From assembly GCA_010909165.1 (NCBI GenBank), contig MU008155.1:1674001-1738000 (forward strand): 64,000 nucleotides of DNA. Direction: 5' to 3'. Source of the stretch: Anthoceros angustus. Taxonomy: Eukaryota > Plantae > Anthocerotophyta. Positions 38,811-52,500 of this stretch are shown here, piece after piece. Each line of letters begins with the position of its first letter. Position 1 is the stretch's first letter. The translations under genes were made by a program, and so were the position numbers. The notes under the pieces are model-generated. The model was not told where the DNA came from, did not search any database, and saw only the letters and a program-made list of their open reading frames with translations.

Positions 38811-39472
38811 TATAGCAGAGCCCACCGCTGCCGAAGCACACACAAGAGGACACACACCCAAGTGAGAGTGACTCTTCCAACTAGACCTTAGGTTGTGTGA
38901 AGTGCAGAGCTGATGTCATTGGCACCGTGGCAATCGAGCAGCTTCATCGTGGATGTGGATCTATAAATGAGAGCTCATGCACGATGCCGTTGCCAGCAGC
39001 CGGTACTCACGCCTGGTGTGCATCCTCAGTCCCGTTCAGGATCCAGCTACAGTCTTCATCAACATCTGGAGCTGATTGTCTGGAGGCACGACAGTGGGAG
39101 AAGTCTTTACAAGACCTGTTTTGAAGAAGAGGATAACCGTGATCAGTACCCAGGTTACTTGTTATCAGTTCAAATGTTTTGAGGAAAGTCCAGGTGTGGA
39201 GTATTCAAGTATTACCACATCTGTCTTCCCACATCTGTGCGGTCAGGTCCGAGTGAGAGAGAAAGAGTATCGATAACCCATTCGTTTTACAGCAGCCCCT
39301 GTTGCACCCCGGGCCCGTGAGGACGAACACCGTCTCACAGTCCCAACGCCCAACACGACAATCCATGAGCTACAATGTACCCTAAATTGTTGCCTTTCAG
39401 AGTGAGCTGCTTATACGTGAATTGGTGTTGCGGGTTGGAGCTTTGCCCACCCCAGTACATTACAGGTACAGG

Positions 39473-41531
39473 CTACAGCTCCGTGATGAGTAGTTGCAAG
39501 CCGTACTGTGGCCGGATGCTCTGGACTTGGCCTGGGGCATGCCTGTAAGTTGGGGAGATGGCAAATTGGAAGTGGGTGAGGAGGGTGGCCAACATGGTGA
39601 ACGTTTCCATCAACGCAAACTCCTTTCCTAGGCAGTGGCGCGGACCACCGCCGAAAGTGCAGTACGCCATGAGGTCCTTGCTATAGGCAAATTTCTTCTC
39701 CCATCTTTCTGGCCGAAACTGGTCGTAGTCGTCACCCCATTGCTCTTTGCTCTGATGCAGCAGTGCGATGGGGACCAGAACGCACGTTCCCGGAGCCATA
39801 TCGATGTCCCCGATCTTGTGGGCTGTATGGCACTGGCGGAACACGTTGGACACTGGTGGGTACAGTCGATACACTTCCTTCATGAACATGTCCATCTGTT
39901 GACGACCGGCACAATCCATCCCACTCGTCGTTCAGTCGGGATTGGTCAAGGAGAAAAGACTAACTAAGGTCTGGAGACCTGTCCAGAATGGATGTTTCAG
40001 TACGCTGACCTGAGTCATTTGTCGGAAGGTGTCCATGGTGAGCCCGCTTCCATGGCACACATGAAGCACCTCTTGCCTCAGGCGTTCCTGCCACTCCGGA
40101 TGCTTTGACATGAGGAAAAGAGCCCAGGTGAGGCCCAGCGCTGTGGTTGAGTGGCCGGCCACGAAGATGGTTTTGCACTCGGACAGGAGCTGCTTCCGGG
40201 ACATGGTCGGGCTGCCACTCTTCCAGGCCTGTATCATCATCCCTAGGAGGTCATGGCCGTAGGGATGCTCCTCGTCGAAGCCGTTCAATGCATGTGCTTC
40301 CCCTGCGGCCCGAAGCCGCGCTTCCAAAATCTCCTCCAGCAGGCCGTTGATGTAGTTCTCGCGCTTCCAGTCCTTGGCGTTGCCAGGAGTGGGCAGGAAT
40401 CTGCAATTCAGGGGCCGGAGTACGCCAGTGGGATGAGAATTAAGCAGCCAGCCAGTGAAGATCGAAGCAGGATCATTCCCAGTACCACAGTCGATTGCAC
40501 ACTAGGATGTCTATTGCAGTGGTGATGATTTCAACCAACCTGTATCCTGGAATGAGGGGAACGATTGTGAAGAGCTTCTTCAGATTTCCTACGAAGAGCG
40601 GAGTGATGCTCTCGAAGGCCAGGACTCCCTTGCTCGTGGGTGCGCTGCCGGGCATGATGGCACCGAAGGCGGACCTGGCGATGATGTCCAGAGTTGTGGT
40701 GGACATCTCCATGCTCACCTCCACTTCTGCTGTCCCCCCGCCTTGCGCAATGCGCGCTCTCCATCGGCTGGCGACGCCATCGCTGCAGTCCTTGAAGTGA
40801 TGCAGAAGACCCTGCGATCACGTAATTTGCAATGGCCGGGGCCGGTACGGTCAGCGCCTTTGACGCCAAGAAAGGACCTGATCAGACAGGTCGTCTGTGT
40901 CACCAGTGGTATTCACCTTAAGATACGTCTTCTGGAAGGCGGGGTTGTGAATTTTGCGCTGCTGCTTCCACAAATCGCCATCGGAGAATACCAGGCCGTT
41001 GCCCAGCAGGCTCATCACCAGGTTGCGGATGACAGGCGCTTTGCGGTAATAGGCAGCCTTGGCCACCAGCACCTCCCTCACCAGCGCTGGCTCCGCTACG
41101 GTGAGCATGGTGGTCCATAGAATTTCGTGAACAAACACATTCCCTGCGGCCATTCATCACCGCTACCGGTTTCGAATTCAGACATCGGACCCCCCAGCAC
41201 TGGCGATAATGTACATAGAGACAGACAGGCTGTAGCTGGCTGAGACGATGGTCTTACCGTACTGCTTGGAGAAGGCGCAGGAATCGGGGAGAGTGATTTC
41301 GGATGTGAGCTGGTTCATGGGCACCGGGTTCTTCTGCATCGACTTGGCCAAGGCAGCCGTCATCTCCTGGTTATTGCCGACGATGGGGTGGAAGGTGGGT
41401 CCCCGAATTCCCTGCGCTTCGTACCACCTTCGCCTCTGCCTGGGGACGAACCAGATAGCGTGCAGGATGGTAGCCACCGGGAGGATGACGGCGCCCAGCA
41501 GGATGCAGCATGCGAGCAGAGCGGCCGCCAT
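39473..41531 (-). CDS. Cytochrome P450, CYP72 clan, 5 exons, apparently intact
   Basis: Membrane anchor, QGIRGPTFHPIVGN, GNGLVFSDGDLWKQQRKIHNPAF, TLDIIARSAFG, ECKTIFVAGHSTT, HPEWQERLRQEV, EVYRLYPP, FRPERW, and heme motif FGGGPRHCLG. Confidence 0.93.
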
Positions 41532-41889
41532 TGGGCTGGCACTCTCCTCTACTTGGGGAGCAGAGTGCAGTCAGCAGACCTCGTCTACTGTGCAAAGCCA
41601 GTCGGAGGTGCACGAGATACTGTAACCTGTAGCTCGGTTGCCTGCCTTTCAAGCGCAACTTGAGAAAGAAGTGTTCGCCCTTGAGGCTTCAAGCACACTC
41701 TGCGCTGCACTTATTTGGAACCTGTCAAACTACACGACCACAAAGCCTGCTTGTGGAAATCAGGCAGGAGTTGTGGCAAAGTCTGGCTCGAGTCTGAATT
41801 TGAAGCCAGTGTGCGCAAGCAAGGAAACTCACTCAAGTCCCCCATCGCACAATTTCCTCGTATGTACATGGGAATTCAATGAGCCTGAC

Positions 41890-42073
41890 GTGCAGAGTGC
41901 AGAGTGCCGGGTGCAGAGTGCAGAGTGCAGAGTGCGGACAAGAGCATGCAGCCGGGCCAGGCCTGGCCCAGCATCCGGCCATCCGACCATCCCTCCATCC
42001 CTCCATCCCTCCATCCCTCCATCCCTCCATCCCTCCATCCCTCCATCCCTCCATCCGACCATCCCTCCATCCC
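41890..42073. repeat. Microsatellites (GTGCAGA)n and (CCATCCCT)n upstream of the P450
   Basis: Read directly from the sequence. Confidence 0.9.
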
Positions 42074-42433
42074 TGTGGATGGCGCCGTCTGCCGCCCACA
42101 ACAGACATCCGCACATCCAAACGACGGCTCATGCGAACCCGCACTGAGATGGCGCCGCCGGCATCCATAACATGCCTCCCACGGAAATGGTGTGACCAAA
42201 TCAATGACTTTTATAAACACAAGAGACACGAACACAGGCACATATCGCCAGGGAGACGGCGCGATGGGGCATTACCGGGTACAGACCTATCCAACCCACG
42301 TGCGCTATTCCGCAACACAAACGCGGACGCTATCGGATTCTGGACGCGGACTCTATCAGATTCTGGACGCGGGAATGAACAGTACCTACGGAGGTAGGTT
42401 TGTTGGTACATGCAAGAATGAAGAAGACTATAA

Positions 42434-42517
42434 GGACGGACGGACGGACGGAGGAACGGACGGACGGACGGACGGACGGACGGACGGACGGACGGACGGA
42501 CGGACGGACGGACGGAC
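42434..42517. repeat. (GACG)n tetranucleotide microsatellite, about 20 units
   Basis: Read directly from the sequence. Confidence 0.95.
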
Positions 42518-43163
42518 ATATGTACCGGATTTCCCACTAACCTTCTTCCACCTACTGTATGTACATATGCATTTTCAGAACTCACGTGGGCGACTGTAGC
42601 GCAGGTCGCCAGGTCGTCGTCGTTCCGTTGGCATGGTCTACGCTCTACATATGTACCAAGTCTACACACATGTATGTACGTAGGTCCTTCTCCCGAGTCG
42701 GGTCTGCAGAGCTGGTTACGGTGAAGACGGTGCAGAATTTGTTGCGACTTTGCGACCAGACCGGACTTTTGAGCTCCTTGACTCCTTGTTTCATCCATTC
42801 ACCGGTGAAAGTGGATCGACCATTGGTCAGACGCCAACTCCTTCACGCAATTAGTCAGGACGCGGTTGGGTTACAAGTTGGCTTGGCTCGCCACAACTGT
42901 CTACATATATGGGTCATCTGACAGCGCACACGTTACATCACAGCGGCCGATCAACTCATCACAAAAAGGTACACACATAAAGTAGGGCGCACACAACACA
43001 AAAGAAACGCGGCACGCTCCATAGTTGCAGCCTCCAGTTTTAAGGCCCTGACTCGCCTAAAACTGTGCACAACATGTCTACATGACACAAAACGATCAAG
43101 CATAGGTGCTGATGCCACTTGGACGGGATTTCCAGCGATCGTGACTTTTTATCTGGTTTGCGC

Positions 43164-45055
43164 TTAGCCAGGAACATAGTAGTCCATCTTGTCCACGGGC
43201 AGGTTTAAGATTGACGTCTCCACCTGAGAACGGTATAGTTATGAGAACAGCAACTAGAAAGTACAAATGCTACCTCACTCGATGCAACGACTCCGTACCT
43301 CGTCAAATGGAACAAAGACACAAGGAGCGAGGCCACGTCGATGAGAAATTGCAGGCACATCAGGATCATGGGTTTCATCGTCTTGCCAGTCATCAGCAAA
43401 CTCCAGCACACTTTCCTGATCTACATCCTCGCCCGTGCCAGTTGTCGTGATCCGCAACATATCAAGTCGGTTGTTGGCACCTGGAACTGTCCCACGCACT
43501 CTGCTCGACATCAAACACACTTGTTAACATTAATGCACACTTGTCAACATCAACCTACAAGGACCCTTCCAGGCCGGACTTACCTCAGTCGAAACCTCAG
43601 CATAGTGGGTTTCCGCCCTGAATACATGATGGCTGCATCAACCTGTTTGAACAAAACGGTAAGGAGGAAAACACGGACTGCCTGTGTATTCTGCTTGACG
43701 CTCAAATGCTCAGCCACCACAAAGAATTCAATGAATATGTAAGCACAGCTGTACCTGGTTGCTTGTGAGAGTGAATTGCCCCAAATAGACCGCATCAACT
43801 TTTGAAGGCCGGCCATGCATCACATTTGCCACCTCTTTTACACGTAGGGGAGAAGTCTGCCAACGAGGAGGTAAACATTGCTTACAGACAGAAGGTTTTG
43901 CCAACAATGTCCCCACATGAGCAAACAGCGAATCCCTTGATCCTACTAGGCATTCATCAAGGCATCGTACAAACCATTTCACACGAGCAAGAAATCTCAC
44001 CTTGTACACGAATTTGCCCCCAGGGAAGAACCGAAGGTACCGATAGTAACACACCTGAAACCAGTTTTCCTGACTACTGTCAGACAACGAGCCCCAGGAT
44101 AGACATGCTTTACGGGGACCACATTCACAAACGGGCAGGGCCACCAGCCAACAAAGCTTCAACCAAATACCAGATGAGCGGGACTGATGTTTCTCCACTC
44201 AGTAACTCCGGCCCTGATATATGTGTTCCGACTCACGTAAAGCCCTATACATGTACGACAAAACTTCAGCAACAACAGTTCCGGAGCGCCCCACAGAAAC
44301 AACCAGGAAAAGCCAGCAAATTCTTGGTCTCACAGGTAAACACAGACCATCAAATCGCAGCCTGGGTCGCTGAACCCACATTCTCCGCCAGGAACCTCCA
44401 TAACTCTGTTGAACAATTTTTTCATTCTCTCGAGTCCCGGTTATCTAGAAATCAGACGATGTGTGAATGAATCGACACGAATGGGTTAAATTGTTAAAAT
44501 CCTCTTCCGATTCAATCAGCAGCCCTAAACAAAACACGAAAAAACGTGGGAAGCAGAAAATTTTGGGTGCTTCCAAGCAAACAACATACCTGCCAAGCTT
44601 TTAGGCAAGTAGCACGCCAGAACTCAGGGTTCCTAAGAGCAAAATGCCATTTTCGACAGACACAAGCTGCTCGACCTAACGTATACGAAGACATCCGCGC
44701 GAAGACCTGGACGCCTTGAAAGGCAGGGACAAGCAGTGAGCACCAGGTCGACACAATTCTACAGAGCATCGTATCAATCCAACAATTAAATTAACCGGTT
44801 TACCTCATGGAGAAGTTCATCTGGAAGAATCCGATGGAGCAGGGCTGAATCCTGCGGAAGTTGGCTACTCGTGCTTGGCCTCACTCGCATGCCATACAAG
44901 CCTGTCGAGACGACAGCACTTAGTTCGCTAGAATCCAGCTGTTGCTAAGAGCCCAAACCCTTGCGCTGCATACAGAGAGACTTAAAGCGTCCGAGAAACG
45001 TACTCAGCCAAGGCCTGTTTGTTTCCAAATACTGCTTACTCCTGCTCCCAGCCAT
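43164..45055 (-). CDS. FBP7: F-box protein 7 (FBXO9-like), multi-exon
   Basis: [10 protein letters not shown] | LYGMRVRP...[13 protein letters not shown] | [20 protein letters not shown]...[43 protein letters not shown] | [19 protein letters not shown]. The start codon could lie upstream. Confidence 0.88.
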
Positions 45056-45778
45056 GCTGCGTTGTCAAACTGGAATGGCGAAGCCCGCAGCAGGTTCACT
45101 GTGACAAAGGTGACACCAGCGTTCAGACATGGACAAACGCACCTCCAACGAACAATCACGGAGCGGCAACAAATCACTGTATCCACGGACTCACCACGAC
45201 ACTATATTTCCTCCTGCATCTTCTGCGCCGCGCGCCGCATCTCGACAATTTTCACGCCCTCCGCTTCCGTGCAGCAGACCGCTCAGCTGCAGTGGTGCAC
45301 GTTACCCCATTTCGTGCGACAGCTCTAGCCAGGAGCCGGTGAAAGCATAAACGCAGGCGACGGGAAGTGAATTCAGAGCTACCATAGGCCAGACATCCAA
45401 GTGAACATAAGTTCTCCCAGGCGCACGCCACATAGGATAGCGAAAACACATGCCACACAAACAACCGCGGATTGGGAAAAGACGGGTACAGAAAACACAA
45501 AACCATATTCACAATCCAGCGTGAGGAACGCTCGAAATGTGGAAAAGCCACCCCCCAAGCTCCGGATTCATTACATCGTGATAAAATGTTAAAGCACTGG
45601 CCCTCGATAAACCTAAATCCTAGGCCTCGAACCCAACCGTCTACATACTGAAGGTGGACTGCCTAATTGACCTGTGCTCTTCCAAGCATGCTACACGGAA
45701 TCATTCATAGTGAAAGATAACTACCACAAATCAATAACAAAATTGACTTTTAGGCGGTGCTACTATTCCGAGACCCGC

Positions 45779-48700
45779 TCAATCTATCTGCTCAAAGCCG
45801 TACGCGATCACCTCCTCCTCAATGTGGATTATCTCTTCTACTTCGACCTCTTCGGCTTCGTAGTCATCTTCGTCGTCACTGGGCTCACCACCTCGGAGCT
45901 CCTGACGCATATGCTTTTCTTCGTCGTTGTAGTCCCTCCATTTTGCTATCCAGCTCTTCCACTCATCAATCATTTTCTTTCGGTTCTCCATGTCCTGAGC
46001 ACTCAGTGCACTTAATGACTCAGCATCTTCAACATCATACTTCTTACTGTACCTCCGCAGGTTCTTGCTTATCTCTGCTTCGTCTTCCGGGGTAAGCAGA
46101 GAAGGTGGCCTTGGGCGCCACAAAAACTGTGCACGAAAGAATATAGTCAGCACACACCACTCAAGCGCCAGGCTGTTTTCTCCAAGGTTCATAACCAAAG
46201 CAGTAGGTCACATACCTGGTAAAATCGATCCCTTGGAAGCCGATAAAGCAGTTTTCCGTTGAAAGCCCAGATGTTAAACCCATTCTCCATTTGGTGTACT
46301 GAAGTCACAGAGGTAGCCACATACCTGTAGGGCAGCACAAAAGGTTGACCGCCAGAAATCAAAAGGCACTCCGCAGACATGCATAAGGCACAAAGTTATA
46401 CCTGCCGGTGGGGTCCCAGTCCACATCTGTTGCCATGAAATGTTCTGCTGTGGCCATCGACTCCAACTCATCGACGTTATAGAACTCAAGCTGACCATTA
46501 TATGCTTTCAAGCCCGCAAGCACAATGAATCGGCCAATAGGTGACCAATAAAGCACATTGGCCTGTTTTCCCTTCAAAGTGGTCAGCTTGGTCACGCGAC
46601 CCACATTGTTTGGACTCCTCATAGAATAAAATGTAACATCTGGACGTGGTCCATCCCCATGGATTATGGCAAAACGATGCCCTTTGGGCTCCCAGGCAAA
46701 TGCAACAATCTTGTCATTTTTGTTCTCCAGCTCCAAGACCTCAATGGGGATATCCCTCTCCTTGATTCGAAAAAGCTCAAAACCTGTATACGTGCTCTTC
46801 TTGGTCTTGGTATATCGGTCAACTTTAACCGCCAAGTAATCACCATTACTTTGCCAATACATCTTACAGTCGCTGACACTAAACAGATTTTTCTGCCTCA
46901 ACTCTTCTCTGCTTGGTATCTGGATCAAACTTACCTGTTGCAATCCAGACGCTTGCCAGGTTACTATCCAAAATTAAAACAGGAAGTCCTGAAAACGACA
47001 CACCTGCAATGAAGAACTTACTCTAGCAGGTTGGTTGCCTCCACCTCCTTCAGGCACAAAAAGTGAGAGTAATGGATCTGTAGGAGACCAGCTAAAATCC
47101 ATGACATTGTCAACCTTAATTGACTTCTTGTCCAGCAGCACCATTGTTTCTGTCTCATACACACTAATAGCATTTTTCCCAATCCGAGCAAAGTACTTGT
47201 CATCCCTTCCTCCAGCCCATCTGCAGGGATAAGAGGGAAATCAGACTAATCCACAGCTACGGAGATTCAAACCTGTAATCTTTTCACACGTTTTTTAAAA
47301 CACCTGAGAGCTGCTACCTTCTCTTACAATACACTAACTAAATTGCAATGCAGGTCTTCACCTCCCTACTACCATCACCCACTTTACCTAAATACAGGCC
47401 ACGACACTCCAGCAACACCACCCGTTCCGCCTGTAGCAAAATCATCTGCACTGCCCTTGAATTCTCTTAGAAGCTTGCCGGATCTCACGTCAAAGATCAT
47501 CAAGGTGACACGCTGCAGGAAAATCACAAAATGAGTCAAGGCAAGCTGCAGCTGTAGCAGCCGGAAACGCCACCTTGCTACAACACGGCTACAGAGAGGA
47601 CAAAGGTTGAAACTCCACGCACATGAGTATCTCGTGGATTGCTGGGTTCATGGCTGCTATAAGTCACCAAGTACTTTTCACCAGGTGAAAAGTCAATAAA
47701 TCTGACCTGTTCGGCACAATAGAGGAATCAACACAGCGTCACAAACTGACTGCAAAAAAAGAATCCAAAGCATAAACAGGTCACCTAACATGGGAGAATT
47801 TGAACCTGAGGGTGAATATAGCGAATAAGTCTGTTGAATGTCTGGGCACCTCCCCAGACTGCTGCTCCTTGCCTATGAATTGTTGCTAAGTATGTGCCCA
47901 AAGGTGACCATTGGACAAAACTTTCTGTCCAATACTGATCCCAAACAACAAGTTAACGAGACCAACGCTTGACTAGAGCTGACAATCAACACCAGCAAGC
48001 TGACAAGAAGGTGTGGACACAAGGAACTCACTGTGGCCAAGGGTCACCATTGGACAAAACTTTCTGTCCCATACTGATCCCAAACAACAAGCTAACGAGA
48101 CCTACACTAGAGTAGAGCTGACAATTACCACCTAACTGCAAAGCTGAAAAGATGGTGTGGACACAAGGAACTCACTGAGCGCTGATAGACTGGTTCAGGC
48201 TTTCCCTGCCTTGCATCATTCCAATACGCCTCAGTCTCAGATCCATAGCGGATCACAAATTGGTCTCGTCCACGCTCGTCAGTCAGCCAGGCCAGCAGAT
48301 TTTCCTGCATGCCACCAGACAAGGTCAAACATGCCTTCTGAAGACATTAGGTAACCCTAGGCAGAAGGGACATACTGGCACTGCATCAACTTAGACGAGC
48401 ACTTACTCCAGGAGCGTAGGGCCTGCTTTCCGGTGGCACCCATTTGTCTGCGACTTTCAAAAACTTGTCAAAATCGTCGAACATGTTCACCGCAAAGACA
48501 TGTGACTTGTCCAATTTGTAGCCATTCGTCTGCTCTCGCGCAGTTTGAGCCTCCTGAATCCACCAATTTTCGCTCATAAAAAGCACCGTCACCCAGCATC
48601 TAAGCCAAAACAGCAAGCTTCAGGACTCATCCCCCGAACCCTACCTGCGGAGTCGCATACTCAATGAAGGCATAACCCTTCGTCTTCCTATTCTCAAGGT

Positions 48701-49193
48701 CAGTGGGCATCCACAGCCCTCCATCCCGGATTTGACCAATCTGTCCAAAGATCTTCTTGATCACACCCTCCAGCTTATCAAACTTCTCAGGCGCAACAAC
48801 CGGCAAGTTATCGACCACGATGACATTCCCAAACCCAGTCTCCGTCTCCAGCACCTCCTCCTCCTCCTCTTCCTCGTCACTGCAAAGCATCGAAACAACA
48901 ATGAAGACGTTCACCAATCCCCACCGCCACCCACCAAAAGCCCAACAACGAGGACCAATTTCGCATCATGCCGTACAAAGACGAGCTGCACACTTCGATC
49001 ACTTGCAGCAAGGCACATAATCCCAGCTCACGAACATCCCACACCTCTTGATACCGAAGTCCTCATCTGGTGGCAGAATGATGGAGTCAAGGTCCACCTG
49101 CGACCAGTCGATGTTCACGGCAATCCGGGGCGCCTCCTGCGGCTCCGCTGCCAGCCGGTGCGGAGGGACCGGCAGCTCTTCCACTTCCGCCAT
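45779..49193 (-). CDS. eIF3b: Eukaryotic translation initiation factor 3 subunit B, multi-exon
   Basis: RRM VIVVDNLPVVAPEKFDKL...TKGYAFIEY, YKLDKSH.FAVNMFDDF, YWTESFVQWSPLGTYLATIHRQGAAVW, WQSNGDYLAVKVDR, FAWEPKG, and C-terminal NLRRYSKKY...EEVIAYGFEQID*. Confidence 0.96.
47900..48177. repeat. About 140-bp tandem duplication in eIF3b that creates a 42-nt pseudo-exon (48032-48073)
   Basis: Both the acceptor context (GTTTGGGATCAG|TAT) and the donor context (GTGAGTTCCTTGTGTCCACACC) occur twice. Confidence 0.9.
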
Positions 49194-49549
49194 GGCTGTG
49201 CAGGATATGGCGTAGACAAGCAGCAGACGCCTTTAATTTCTCATGTCACTGGCCTTTCTAGGGCAGCCGTTTTGCCGGATTGAAGAGTGGAGAGGAGACT
49301 ATGGCGGGGGCCGGCGGTAAAGGTTGTGGAGACGGGAAGTAGACTGATCACCTGCACCTATACTTATAAAAACTTCCTAGATACCTAGGTATGTATATGT
49401 AGCAAAAGTTGTTATTTTGGTGAAAAATGATGGGAAGGGCCCATCCAAGAGGGGACATCCAAATGGGACCGGGGTCGAAGTGGAGAGGAGCAACTAAGCT
49501 CCCTACCTGAAGTCACCGACTGCACCCACAATGTCATATGCAGGAAGAA

Positions 49550-52500
49550 TAAACAGTCTGCAAACCACGGAGGTAGGGGAAGATGCATTACCTACTGTCG
49601 CCGCCTTGTGGAGGATCGCCATTGAGAGCGCCCGTTGAAGGTCAATTGAAACCCACTCTCGTAAGTATGCTGTGAAGTACGAGAGGGATAGCCTCACACC
49701 GTGCCTGCGCGCAGGGTAAGCTTTGGCACATGACTTGACTCAGCCATTGCCCTATTTGTTTCCAATGCAAGCGGAATAAAGAGGTGGCCCGCTTGCATCC
49801 TGCTATATTTGCAGACCTTGAGAGCCACTGCTCTGGCAGTAGCCCAACCTAGACGGTTGTAATGACCTGAGCGGAGAAGGTGTCACGTGCAGGATTAGTA
49901 ACCACTACATCCACCACCGAAACCTGGTCGCCACGGAAAACGTACAAGTCAGCCCTGATTAAACGACTTGTACGAAGAGTATACCCCCGCTCCCTCCAGG
50001 CCATGTAACCGCTTTCGCGAGCGATGGCGAACATAACATCGCGGATAGCGTCATGAGTGGCAATGCGATGACCCCCATGGGGACAATGAGCAAGGTGTAC
50101 CCCAAAATCATCGAGGGCAAAGCCGCACTCGCAAGTAAGGAGCGAAGAAGCCACAGGCTGGAGCACGCCAAGATGGAATCACATTGCAGCAGTGAAGGTG
50201 GTTGGTGCGATGTGAAAACCCCATATGGATGGGCGGGCCAGTAGCCAAGCACTGCGCCCTTCCCAGGACAATTTGAGCGGAGCCGCGCTCTTGTGGACAT
50301 GGGGATGGAGGGGTCATGGAAGACAGATTGGAAAGCCTGGCTGAGCTGCTTCTCGAGCAGAGATGCCTGCAACCCCCTGAAACCATCAGTAATAAATGTC
50401 GAGAAAGGAGGGAAGTCCTTAGAGCATCTCATCGATAACATGTCACGGCGCCTCAAGGGCGTTTGGAGAGAAGGTTCCTCCCTACACATCGTCGAGATCC
50501 TCTAGAAAGGGCCAGTTATTGAGGATGAAGCGAGAAGCCAAAGCAAGGGCAGAGAGGGCCCAACTGCCCAAGAAAGTCGCCGGGGAAGAGACCTCCAACG
50601 AGAGCAAAATTTTGCCTCCAAATTGCACAAGTAGGGATGTTTGTCAAAGGGCCAGATCGCCCACAGGGCACTCAAAAGCCCTTAAGCAGGAAACTGAAAA
50701 GTAGGATCCATCTCTGGATTATGTCATGTTGACAGATTGTAGGGAACCCTCTTCTTACAAAGAGGCCATGTCAATGAGTAACAAACAGAAGTGGGAGAAG
50801 GCCATGCAGTCAGAAATGAATTCGCTGCATAAGAACCAAACTTGGGAGTTGGTTCGGTTGCCTAGGGATAAGAAGGCACTACCGTGCAAATGGGTGTACA
50901 AGATGAAGGTCATACCCCATGATGGCAAACCAAAGTACAAGGCACGACAGAGATGAGACGCGGCACTTGGACAGCTTGACCTTCAAGCCCACTAAAGAAA
51001 GCTCATGAGAGAAGATCTCAAAGGCCTCCTTGACTTTGTCCCCAGGCCCAAGGATGTGAGAATCGTCTGGCAACGAAGGAAAGACACAGTCGTGCGCTGA
51101 GAAGGCGGTCCTGGATATGGCTTTATAGTGAGCAATTGCGAAGAGAGCACCGCCTAGGGGGTCGCCTTGCCTGGTACCTGTGGCCGATTCCTAGACAGAG
51201 ACGGCAAATCTTGAAGAGACATTCTTGTGCTGGTAGTAGAGGTTGGAGGACCTCCCATAGAAGCACCGGACAAAAGGTATAAGGCTCCCCTAGACGCCGC
51301 CAGCATCCCTAAGCTCCTCAAAGATGACGCTCCTGGAAATGGTATTGAAGGCGTTCTCGACATCCACTTGTAAGACCACCCACTCCGGATGAGTATCAAG
51401 GCATGCCTTCACTCCAAGCACCACAGACTCGTAGCCCCCCGAAGTGGCAATGCCAAATTGAAGGGGGTTGAACTGCTACTCAAAGAAGGGAGTGGCACTG
51501 AAGGGCAATAGTGCGGCTGAGAAGCCGCATGAAGGCTTCCCCAACCGTGAGTGGGTACACGCCCGAGCCTGGGGCAGGCTTGTCCATAGCGACAAGCGAC
51601 AAGCCTGCTGGCTGCAAGAACAAGGGAAATCCAGCGAGGCGTCTCTCCTTGAGCCACCACAGCGGCCAGAGAAAAGAGCTCTGGGAAGCCACTAAATGGA
51701 TCTTCGGGAAGAAAAAGGTCCCTTAGGTGTTTGAACACCATTCCTAACAACCTGGCTAATGAAAGACATGGGGTCGTAGAAAGTGCCAAAGCAAAAGCTG
51801 CCCAATGCAGGGAGAAGGGATCCTCCGGGACATAGTCGGATATGTCCGGGGGGATGGCATCCTTGGGTGCCGGATGGAGGGCATAGAGGGCAATAATGGT
51901 CTCTTCAGAAGCGGGGGCCAGGGGGAGGGTCGAAGAGCCCTGGCAGCGCGGGCATATTCATCCGCCTGGCCAAGCAATTGCAACGGCGCAAGTTTGTTGC
52001 ATTACCCGGGACCTGTTCCAACTGCTGTGCGGATTTCGCCCAAGCCTTAGTAAACGCAGAGCCTCCTCTTGGAGGGATGCCCAGTCACCAACCCGAAAGC
52101 GCCAAAGGCGGCTAGCAACTTCCCGATGCCCGGAAGTACACCGAAGAGACCACCGGGGGAGAAGTAGGAGAAGGCACCAAGCTAACTTGTCCTTGGGATA
52201 GAGCGCAAGGCGATCCAAGGGAAGACGGAATGCCAAACGGGCATCACCATGAAGGTGGCGGGAAAGCTACGGAAGATGCACCGGCATGGAAAGTGGGTTT
52301 CAAATATCCCAAGGATATGAAACTGGACGCCGGAGCTTGCATTGCGGAATTGCAGGAGGTCACAAGGTGCACTTGGGTAGCCCAAGTAGTCTTGTCGAAA
52401 TCTTTATGCATGTGGCCGATGTGGGTTTTCACCCCCTTGACACCGCAGCAGAGTTGAGCACAGACAGGACAAGGAGTGTCCATGACAGTCATAGAAGGTG

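Noticed and set aside
8683-49283. Long antisense ORFs (8683-9198, 12183-12875, 23938-24546, 43802-44470, 48732-49283)
   Set aside because: These are shadow frames opposite well-supported genes.
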